This document shows, in pieces, positions 26,480 to 34,900 of a DNA stretch of 64,000 nucleotides; positions within the stretch are counted from its first letter, which is position 1; each line of letters begins with the position of its first letter. Made by a program: the position numbers and the translations under genes. The DNA lies in assembly GCA_964611575.1 (NCBI GenBank), contig CAZTAJ010000006.1, positions 2,780-66,779 on the forward strand, given 5' to 3'. Source of the stretch: an uncultured Verrucomicrobiota bacterium (GTDB taxonomy: Bacteria > Verrucomicrobiota > Kiritimatiellia > CAIKKV01 > CAITUY01). Under the pieces are notes generated by a model. The model was not told the DNA's origin and searched no databases. It worked only from the letters and a program-made list of their open reading frames with translations.

Positions 26480-27447
26480 TCGTCATAGACGGCCTCGCAG
26501 TTTTCGATGCGATGATCGATCCCTCCGAAGCATTGCCCCACCACGCCGGTTCGTCGTCCCTGCAGGAACGCCCTGGCCACTCGACGCACCGCTTCCCGGA
26601 CTTCCCGGGGTGTGCCGGAGGTGAGCAGTCGCTGCCGGTCGATCTCGCCCCAGAAGCAGATCCGCCCGGCGAACTGCCTGGCGACGTCCTCGATGGGCAT
26701 GCAGAACAGTTGCGCATTGATGGCGTTGACGCCGATCTCAATCAGGTCGGGGAGGATGGGCACAATGTAGCCGTCGGAGTGCATGAGCACATACTTGCCG
26801 TGGGCATGAGCCAGATCGCAGTAGTCCTTGTAGAGGGGCTTGAAGAACGCCCGCCACAACACCGGCGAAATCAGGAACGCCTGCTGCGCCCCCCAGTCGT
26901 CGGCGATGTGAACGGCGTCGACATCGGTCTTCACCCACAAGTCCATCTGCTTCATGAAATACTCGTGAATCATGTCGCGTAGCAGATAGACCTCCGGCTC
27001 CAGGCAGGCCAGATCCATGTAAAGCTGTTCAGGCCCGCGAAGGTGCTGCATGCGTTCGAAGGGGTTGGGCATGCTGGACCACATCGAGATCATGAATGTC
27101 TCCGATGCGGCGCAGGCCGGGTTGACCCCGGACAAGTCGGCGCCCGCCAGGACCTCCCAGGGCGGCTTGAAGGTCTTGAGCCGACTCCAATCATCCCGCA
27201 AGGGGGATTCCTTCACTTCGCCACAGACCCCGTCCTCGCCTGCTTCCCAGGTGCATCCCCAGATATCCATGCGCCGACCGCGCTTGGTCCAATCACCCCA
27301 ACCGCGTCCAGGCGGATAGCTGTAGGGTGGCGCAGCCACATCACTGGGGTGCTTCCTCTGCAGATCCCCCCCGAATCCGTTCTCGATGGGAATCCGATCC
27401 ACTTCCTCAAAACGAAGGGCTCTTGTGACTCGTTCTCGTGATGTCAT
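26464..27447 (-). CDS. uroporphyrinogen decarboxylase (URO-D) family protein, paralog 2
   Basis: RALRFEEVDRIPI...VLMHSDGYI...INAQL...ICFWGEID pattern. Start at ATG 27447 (the track ORF starts at 27483). Confidence 0.7.
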   Translation of the reverse strand: MTSRERVTRALRFEEVDRIPIENGFGGDLQRKHPSDVAAPPYSYPPGRGWGDWTKRGRRMDIWGCTWEAGEDGVCGEVKESPLRDDWSRLKTFKPPWEVLAGADLSGVNPACAASETFMISMWSSMPNPFERMQHLRGPEQLYMDLACLEPEVYLLRDMIHEYFMKQMDLWVKTDVDAVHIADDWGAQQAFLISPVLWRAFFKPLYKDYCDLAHAHGKYVLMHSDGYIVPILPDLIEIGVNAINAQLFCMPIEDVARQFAGRICFWGEIDRQRLLTSGTPREVREAVRRVARAFLQGRRTGVVGQCFGGIDHRIENCEAVYDEWSKV

Positions 27448-27651
27448 GCGGGCCTGTCTTGCCGGTTCAGGCCGGCACCCCATCGCTGAACGATCACGCC
27501 CCGGATATTGACCCGGGTTGAGATGAACGCTTCGAGATTAAGTCCTCGACTCGTCATCGCCCCTGATGGGGCTCTTCATTCGCGGAAATGTGCCAGAGCA
27601 GAACCCGAAATGCAATCACGACGGCGGACAGAATCCACGAGCGATGACTGC

Positions 27652-27679
27652 TTTTCCCTTGTGCTGGGGTCCCGGGCTT
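27652..27679. promoter_or_regulatory. shared intergenic motif copy A (ttttcccttgtgctggggtcccgggctt)
   Basis: About 25 of 28 positions, with two 1-2 nt indels, match 29484..29512. The two copies bracket the 27706..29388 gene. Confidence 0.3.
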
Positions 27680-27705
27680 AACTGTAGGGTGGCGCACCCA
27701 ATCCA

Positions 27706-29388
27706 TCAGTCGGCCATCCAGGGAACCTCCAAGAGCGTGATCGATCGGGGCGGCAGCAAGAGCGGTTGATCCAATGCCGACAGCGGACAAGTTGTGGCCG
27801 TCTCTTCGACTCGCAAGTCGGCGTCTTTTTCCTCGCCGCGCAGCGCGAACTGCATCGAGACCCGCCGCCACTCGCCCTGCTTGCTGAGTTTGGCGGGCAG
27901 TACGAACCTGCACGGCGCCTCCCGAGTCCGCGCAGTGTTAATGGCGAAGATGCGCAACGATCGCTCGTCGCGCATCGCCACGACGTCAACGGCCGCGGCG
28001 CGCCCCGTCGGCGCGCCGGCTTTCCCGGTGAACAGGCCCAGGTCGAAGACATTGCCGCCGGATGAAACGGTGGTCGCCAGAAGAAAGCGGGCATGGTGGC
28101 GGCGATAGAAGTCCGTGGCGCGCAGAGAGGGAAAGAGCACGGGCTCGCGGTCCGAATCCGGGAAGACGCGAATGCCGGTTATGCCCCACGACCGGCCCAC
28201 CAGCATGGATTGGGTCGCCAACCGGAAGAGATTCCCATGGCGCAGCATGGCGTGCAGCATCACCGCCGCGCCCACCCCGCCGGCGCCGTAGCCGGGATAG
28301 CGGGAGGGGGGCGAGCCGTCCCACCAGCCGTTCAGGTTCCATTCCGTCATGACCATGGGATGTCCCAAAGCAAGGGCCTGATCGATCGCCTTGTCCGCCC
28401 AGCGCGCCTGCCCCTGCTCGTCGGTCTCGGTGCAGTGAACCACGGCGTCCCAGATCGCCTCGTCAGCCACGTTCGTCCAGGCCAGTTCCCGGCCGTCGGC
28501 GCCGAACGCTCGGGAAATGCCCATGGGATGATAGCGGTGCAGGGTGAATAGCAAGGGGCCATCTTCAGCCGTCAGCCGGGCGGAGACCTCAAGCGGGTAC
28601 TCATCCGTGACGATCTGGGCCTTGGGCGCCAGCTCGCGAATGTCGCGAATGCAGGCGCGCAAGACCTTGACCCAGGCGTCCTCCCAGCCATCGCCATATC
28701 GCTTCTTCGCTTCCCCGGCAAAGAACCAGGTCTCGTTGCCGATCTGCACGTAGTCCGGACGGTAGGGCTGCGGGTGACCGTTGGCGGCGCGCCGCTTTGC
28801 CCATTCGCCGTCGGGCGCGGTCAAGTAGCGCAGCAGGTCGGTTTCCCGTTCAACCGCGGCCGCCAGGTTCGTTTCCAGAAGGCCGCTTCTGAAGTTCAAC
28901 ACCAGAAGGGTCTTCCACTTCATATCCCCGGCCAGACGGAAGAACTCGTCGTAGCCGAAGCGATTCGTCAGCCGCGTGTCGGCATTCCCCCGGTAGAGCG
29001 TGACGGCGCGCCCGGTCTTCTCCCCATGCCCGTTCTCGATCAGGTCGCGCCAGTCAATGTAATCCACGCTGGTTCCGCCGGGAAATCGCACCACGGGAAT
29101 CAGCAGCCCGGCCAGCAGGTCGCGCACCGGTTTGACGATAGCGCCAGAAGCGTCCACCGCCGCCTCGGGACCGGTTTCCCCGCCTGCCGCGCGTTCCATG
29201 AATTGGCCGAACAGTTCCGGTCGAATCTCCGCGATCGTCCGATCGCTCACGTCCACGCGCATGACGTCACGGGATTCCCGCGCCGCTTCACTGCCGCCGC
29301 ACAGTCTGGCGCCGGCACCTGACAGCAGAATAACCGCCGCGAATCGACGGCAGCGTTTCGATGCGATGCAGGCCTGTGTCGTGAGCAT
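27706..29388 (-). CDS. secreted clan GH-A glycoside hydrolase (GH51/GH79-like, tentative)
   Basis: Signal peptide, VVRFPGGTSVDYIDW, acid/base YVQIGNETW and nucleophile-like VMTEWN. AAGGAG RBS. Confidence 0.65.
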   Translation of the reverse strand: MLTTQACIASKRCRRFAAVILLSGAGARLCGGSEAARESRDVMRVDVSDRTIAEIRPELFGQFMERAAGGETGPEAAVDASGAIVKPVRDLLAGLLIPVVRFPGGTSVDYIDWRDLIENGHGEKTGRAVTLYRGNADTRLTNRFGYDEFFRLAGDMKWKTLLVLNFRSGLLETNLAAAVERETDLLRYLTAPDGEWAKRRAANGHPQPYRPDYVQIGNETWFFAGEAKKRYGDGWEDAWVKVLRACIRDIRELAPKAQIVTDEYPLEVSARLTAEDGPLLFTLHRYHPMGISRAFGADGRELAWTNVADEAIWDAVVHCTETDEQGQARWADKAIDQALALGHPMVMTEWNLNGWWDGSPPSRYPGYGAGGVGAAVMLHAMLRHGNLFRLATQSMLVGRSWGITGIRVFPDSDREPVLFPSLRATDFYRRHHARFLLATTVSSGGNVFDLGLFTGKAGAPTGRAAAVDVVAMRDERSLRIFAINTARTREAPCRFVLPAKLSKQGEWRRVSMQFALRGEEKDADLRVEETATTCPLSALDQPLLLPPRSITLLEVPWMAD

Positions 29389-29483
29389 GATGCACTCCTT
29401 GTGAGCACCGAGTTCGGGGCTATCCTCCCATGTTTTGGACTGCCGTCACACCCCATTTTCTGCGGGGCCGAACGGGCTGCTCA

Positions 29484-29512
29484 TTTCCCCCTTGTACTGG
29501 GGTCCCCGGCTT
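29484..29512. promoter_or_regulatory. shared intergenic motif copy B (tttcccccttgtactggggtccccggctt)
   Basis: See copy A. Lies in the divergent region between gene starts 29388 (-) and 29560 (+). Confidence 0.3.
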
Positions 29513-29559
29513 GTCTACTTTCACGTGCGACACAGGCATCCGATGAGCAACCGAACTCC

Positions 29560-30897
29560 ATGACCCCGCTTACCCGCATCCTCAAGCGCAACGGCAACAT
29601 CGTGGCGTATGACCGCGAACGGATCGTCATCGCCATCTACAAGGCGACCGCGTCCACCGGCCCGGCCGACCGCGCCCTGGCCGAGCGCATGGCGGAACGG
29701 GTCGAAGCGGCCCTCACCCAGGCCTACACCGGCAACATGCTGCCATCCGTCGAGGACATTCAGGACATCGTCGAGCAGGTGCTCCTCAACAAACAGCACA
29801 CCGACCTGGCGCGCAACTACACCGCCTACCGCCGGCAGCGCGCCATGCTGCGCGCCACCCGCGCCACGTCCTTCGAGATCACGGATAACATCCCCTATAA
29901 GAAGATCTACGAGGTACTGCTCTGGAACATGGCGCATCACTGCGAGGATGTCGAGGGGCTGAACGCCCTCGTGACCGGCGGCGGGCTGCCGGACCTGATC
30001 ACGGCTGCCGAGCAACGCTACGCCGACGAGTGCGCCGTGGCGGCCGAGGCGATGCTGGCCCGCGCCGGGGAGTTGAAACTGGTCATCGTCGCGGGCCCCT
30101 CCTCTTCCGGAAAGACCACGACCACGATCAAGATCGGCGAGCATCTGGCCGCCGCGGGCCTCAAACTCAAGGCCCTGAACATCGACAACTACTTCTTCGA
30201 CCTGGTCCGCCACCCGCGCGACGAATTTGGCGACTACGACTATGAATCGCCGCAGTCCCTCGACCTCGACCTCATCGACCGCCACCTCGGCGACCTCCTG
30301 GCGGGACGCCGCATCCGGACGCCGTCCTACAACTTCAAGACGGGCATCCGGACCCTGGACCATGCGGACTTTCATTTGGCGGATGACGAGATCCTGCTGC
30401 TCGACAGCCTGCATGGCCTCTACGACGACATGACCCGGTCCGTGCCCGCGGCGCGCAAGTACCGCCTCTACGTGGAAACCCTCGGGCAGCTTCGCGCGGC
30501 AGACGGCACCCTCATGCGCTGGGCCGACAACCGGCTGCTGCGACGCATGATCCGCGACCACGCCCACCGCAATCTGCAGCCGATGGAAACGCTGACGCAC
30601 TGGCACTACGTGCGCCGCAGCGAACTCAAACACATCATCCCGTTCATCGGTCAGGCGGACTTCGTGTTGAACACGGCCCTGCCGTTCGAATTGCCGATTC
30701 TCAAGGCCAGAGTGTGGTCGTATTTCCCCGCCGCCATGGAGCGCTTCCGCAGCGACCCGCACCGGCAGGACGCCTACGTGCGGGCCAAGCGCATCCACGA
30801 TCTGCTCCAGCCGGTGGCGCCCCTCGCCGACGATGCCTGCGTCCCCCCCACCTCCCTGCTCCGGGAATTCATCGGCGGCAGCACCTACCGGTACTGA
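29560..30897 (+). CDS. ATP-cone domain fused to a uridine-kinase/PRK-like P-loop kinase
   Basis: ATP-cone (ILKRNGNIVAYDRERIVIAIYKA) then Walker A AGPSSSGKTTT. Start trimmed to ATG 29560. Confidence 0.7.
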   Translation: MTPLTRILKRNGNIVAYDRERIVIAIYKATASTGPADRALAERMAERVEAALTQAYTGNMLPSVEDIQDIVEQVLLNKQHTDLARNYTAYRRQRAMLRATRATSFEITDNIPYKKIYEVLLWNMAHHCEDVEGLNALVTGGGLPDLITAAEQRYADECAVAAEAMLARAGELKLVIVAGPSSSGKTTTTIKIGEHLAAAGLKLKALNIDNYFFDLVRHPRDEFGDYDYESPQSLDLDLIDRHLGDLLAGRRIRTPSYNFKTGIRTLDHADFHLADDEILLLDSLHGLYDDMTRSVPAARKYRLYVETLGQLRAADGTLMRWADNRLLRRMIRDHAHRNLQPMETLTHWHYVRRSELKHIIPFIGQADFVLNTALPFELPILKARVWSYFPAAMERFRSDPHRQDAYVRAKRIHDLLQPVAPLADDACVPPTSLLREFIGGSTYRY

Positions 30898-30910
30898 GTC
30901 GCGGGGCGCG

Positions 30911-31942
30911 CTACCGCTGATAGATGGGCAACTGACGATAGGAAACGCTCAGGGCCAGGATCGCCATGCTGGTGCAGTACTGGGGATTCGATTCATTGCC
31001 GCCCGTGGACCAGGAGCCGTCGGCGGTCTGGAGTTTCAGGATGGTATCGTACAGCGTGGGCGCGAACGCCTCCCATTCCTGGCCGCCAAGCTGGAACATT
31101 CCGTTGGCGCTGTAATACAGCGCGTAGTACTTGTGCTCGCCCTGGAAGGGATTGCCCTTCGTGAACCGCTCGGCAATGTACTGTCCGGCCTTGAGCGTCA
31201 CGTCGTCCCGGTGCCGCCCGGCGAGTTCGAGGCAGAGCAACCCGATGCCGGTCCGCGCGACGCCCGCCCCGCCTCCCGGCTGATAGGCGAACCCACCGTC
31301 CTGCGTGCGACAGCGCAGGATGAACTTGACGGCCCGTTCGATCGCCTCCCCGGGAATGGGCGCCCCGTTGTTTCGCGCCGACCGCAAAGCCATAAGCGCC
31401 CAGCCGGAATGGGAAATGTCACTGTCGGCGCTGCCGGGCTGATACCGCCAGCCGCCCTCCTGCGCCTCGGGTTTCCGCACGTCCTGCGCCGCCAGGATGA
31501 GCCGGGTGGCGAGCGGCAGAACCGCGTCGATCCGCGACTGGCGCTCCGGCTCCACCATGCCGGACACTTCCGACAGCATGAGTGCCGAGATGTTGTGGCT
31601 GTACATCTGGCCGCCGTTCCCCATCAGGGAGCCATTGGCGGAGGGCATGGACAGGATGTAGTCGACGCCGCGGTTGATCACATCGCCGTGGGGCGGAAGA
31701 CCAGGCGCCTGGCCGCGCGCCAGGAAGGCCATGATCGCCAGTGAGGTGATGGCCGGCGTATTGCCGCCGATCGAGCCGTCGGCCTGCTGCGAGCGGGCCA
31801 GGAAGTCGAGCCCCCTGTCCACGGCCTCGTCAAAGGCACGCTGATACTTGGCATCCTCTATGGCGGCCGGTGCGCCCCACCCCGCCGCCGGACACAACAG
31901 GCAGGCGCAGGCCAGTCCGATGAACGCAGCCGTCTTCATCAT
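30911..31942 (-). CDS. secreted prenyltransferase/squalene-oxidase-repeat (alpha/alpha-toroid) protein
   Basis: Signal or lipoprotein-like N-terminus. Repeated QW-type motifs are present: SQQADGSIGG, EGGWRYQPG, QDGGFAYQPG and TADGSWSTGG. ATGA overlap with the upstream stop. Confidence 0.75.
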   Translation of the reverse strand: MMKTAAFIGLACACLLCPAAGWGAPAAIEDAKYQRAFDEAVDRGLDFLARSQQADGSIGGNTPAITSLAIMAFLARGQAPGLPPHGDVINRGVDYILSMPSANGSLMGNGGQMYSHNISALMLSEVSGMVEPERQSRIDAVLPLATRLILAAQDVRKPEAQEGGWRYQPGSADSDISHSGWALMALRSARNNGAPIPGEAIERAVKFILRCRTQDGGFAYQPGGGAGVARTGIGLLCLELAGRHRDDVTLKAGQYIAERFTKGNPFQGEHKYYALYYSANGMFQLGGQEWEAFAPTLYDTILKLQTADGSWSTGGNESNPQYCTSMAILALSVSYRQLPIYQR

Positions 31943-34900
31943 TCCTCCCCCCCGTGGCCGGAGACTTCGCGGAAGTAGCGCTTGATGAGGGGCCGGTATT
32001 CCTCGGGCCCCTCGCTGCCCGAGGCCTGCAGGACGTCTTCCTTTAACTCACCGTGAAGTCGAAGCCAGTCCTGCAGTTTCATACCCAACCGCCGGGCGAA
32101 GGTCGGAATGTCCTCGGATGCCTGGGCGTCCTCATTCAATCCCCCGCCGCCGGAAGCGGCCGTCTCCAGGGTGGCCGGGCGGGCGTTTGCGCCCAGGGCT
32201 TTTGCCTCGGCGGCGGCCTGGTCGGCGGCCTGCGCCAGTTGCGCCGCCGTTTGGGCGGCATCGATCGCCTTCCCGCTCATGGCGGTCTGGCGGGCGTCCT
32301 CATACGCCTTGGCCAGCGCTTCCCGGGTGGCCGGCGATACCGGCGCCGCACCGGCGGGCGTTGTCGGCGGGGTGGCGGGGATAACCATGGCCTGGGCGGC
32401 GTTCTGAAGATTCCGGGCCGCCTGTTGAAGGGTCTGCGCAGCGCCCTGCTGGGCTTGCCGGATGGTTTCCGCCGCCTGCTGCAGGTTTTGCGCAGATCGT
32501 TTTGCCGGATCCTCGCTTCGCCTGGCGACCTGCTCCATCTGCTGCGCGGCCTGGTCGGCCGCTTGCGCCGCCTGCGCCATCTCCCGCGCCGCCTGCCCGG
32601 CCGGAGGCCCCGCTGGCGAGCGCGCGAGCACCTCCTCGGTCTGCTCACGAATCACCGTGGCGGCCTGCGCCAGCGCGGCGACTTCAGCGGACAACGCCTG
32701 TTGCTGCTTCGCAAGCCGTCCCGAGAACGGGTCGCCGAGACCGTCTTCCTTTCCCTCTTTCCCGGCCAGAAGCGCGGCGGACTGGCGGCGCAGCACCTCC
32801 TGCTGGGTTGCCAGGTCCGACAGCCTGACCGCCGCCAGTTGCTCTTGCGCCCACTTGGCGGATGCGTTCGCCCTGGCAGCCGCATCGACGGCCACCTGGG
32901 CCTTTTCGATGGACGCCTGCGCCGCCTGCCCGGCATCGAGCCTGCCCTTTTGCGCGGCCTGCGGCGCCGCAGTTGCCGCCGCCTGCTGGGCTTGCTGGGC
33001 GGCTTGCTGGGCCGCTTGGGCGGACTGCTGGGAGGCCTGGGCCGCCTGCTGGGATTCCTGGGCGGACTGCTGGGTCTGCTGGGCGGCCTGCTGGGTTTGC
33101 TGGGCGACACGTTGCGCGCCGGTTTCGCTCTCTTTCGCCAACTGCGCGGCCTGGCGGGCGGCTTGCGCCCGGCGCGCTGTCTCCGCCTGCTCGGGCTTGC
33201 CCTTGCTCTGTTGAGCCTCCTTTTCCGCCTGCTCGGCGACCTGCGCGGATTGCCCGGCTGCCTGGCGGATCGCCGCCGCTTGTTGCGCTGTCTGTTGGGC
33301 GGCTTCGCCCGCCTTCTGGGCGGCCTGCTGGGCAGACTGGGCGGCTTGTTGGGCGATCTGCTGGGCGTCCTGCGCCTGGCGGGCCGATTGCTGGGCTTCA
33401 CCGGCAACAGCCGCCGCCGTGGGTTTCGGACCGGCGACCTCCTTGGCCTTCTCTGCGATGGCCCTGACTTGCTCGGCCTTCGCGCCCGCCTCCTGGGCGG
33501 CCTGTTCAACATTCCTGACCTGGCCGTTGGCCCCGGTTTGGCCGGCTTGCCGCTCGGCGTCGGAAGCCTTCTCGGCGGCCTGACGGGATGCCGCCGCCAT
33601 CGTCTGGGCAGTGTCGGCCAAGGCCTGGACCCGCTCGGCCTGTTCACGGGCGTTCCTTGATTTCTGACCGGTGCTCTGGGCGAGATCGTTCTGCCCGGTT
33701 TTCCAGACCCGCTCGGCCAGACGCCGGGCCTCGGCGGAGGGTCGGGTCATGCTCTGCGCTTCCTTTTGCACGGCGGCCGCCGCCTGTTCCGCCTGGGCAG
33801 CCTGTCGGGCCGCCTGTTGCGCGGCGCGCATGGCACGTTCGCGGGCCGACCGCGGCGTCTGGGTGGCCTCATCGGCGAGACGAGCCTGTTCGGCCGCGCG
33901 CCATGCCGCTTGCTGGGCGGCTTCGGATGCGGTCTCCGCCGCCTCGGCGTGGCCCTTCAGGGCCGCCAGGGGTTGTTCCCCGAAAGTCTTGTCGGTTGCC
34001 TGTTGTGCCACCTGCGCTTCCTCGCGCGCCTGGCGCGCCTCCTGGCGTGACTTCGCCGCCGCCTCCCCGGCCGCATCCGCCCGGGCTCGAGCCTCGGCTG
34101 CTTTGCCGCTGGATTCCTGAACCTGTCGCGGTGATGCCCCATTGACAAGCGCCTGATCCGTCTGCTTCTCAGCCTGCCCAGCTTCCTGCCGGGCGCGTTC
34201 CGCCGTCACTCCCGCCTTCAGGGCGGATTGGCTGGCTTCCCTCGCGGCATCGAGTGCCCGCTCCTCGGCCTGTACCGCGCGTTCCTGCGGGGACCCGCGT
34301 TCCACACCATTCACGTTCGCCTGGTGGGCGGCGGTGCGCGCGGCTTCCGCCAGTTGCTCGACCTGTTCCGCGGCATGAACCGCCTGTGCGGCAGCCGCGC
34401 GCCGGGCGGGTTCGGGCTGGTCCTCCCGCCCCGCCTGCTTCGCGGCATTCCGGGTTTCGGCCGCCGCCCGCTTGGCCTGGTCGGCCGCCTGCCCCGCCAC
34501 CTGACTCCATTGGCTGGCATCCTTGGCGGCCTGACGACTCTCGGCGGCCCGGCCTGTCATGTCCTTCACAAGATCCTGCTGCTTCGTCGTCTCCGCCCGC
34601 TTGACCAGGGCAGCGTCGGTGTCGGCCCGCATCTGCGCGCGTTCAGCGCCTTGTTCCGCGCGTTCGGCCGACTGGCGGGCCAGTTGCAGGCCGTCGTCGG
34701 CTTTCTGCAAGGCGGATGCCGCCATCCGGCCAGGGTCATCCGCACCCTGAACCGGATTCGGCGTCTCCATCCGCCGGTCGGCATCCTTCCGCAAGGCGTC
34801 CGCCACCCCGGTCTGGGCTTGTACGGCCGGCTCGGTATTCCCGGCGGCGAGTTCCTTGGCGGCCTGCTGCATGGGCGCACCTTGAAGCGCCGACAGGGGC

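Noticed and set aside
27319-27699. 15-mer ctgtagggtggcgca occurring at 27319-27333 (inside the URO-D gene) and at 27682-27696 (intergenic).
   Set aside because: My back-of-envelope estimate, assuming about 65% GC, gives several exact GC-rich 15-mer repeats by chance in 64 kb. One copy is ordinary coding sequence (PPYSYPP).
27484-27705. Small ORFs 27554..27913 and 27566..27769 in the intergenic region downstream of the glycosidase.
   Set aside because: They have no motif and odd composition, and they overlap the glycosidase 3' end. The region is better explained by the shared regulatory-type motif.
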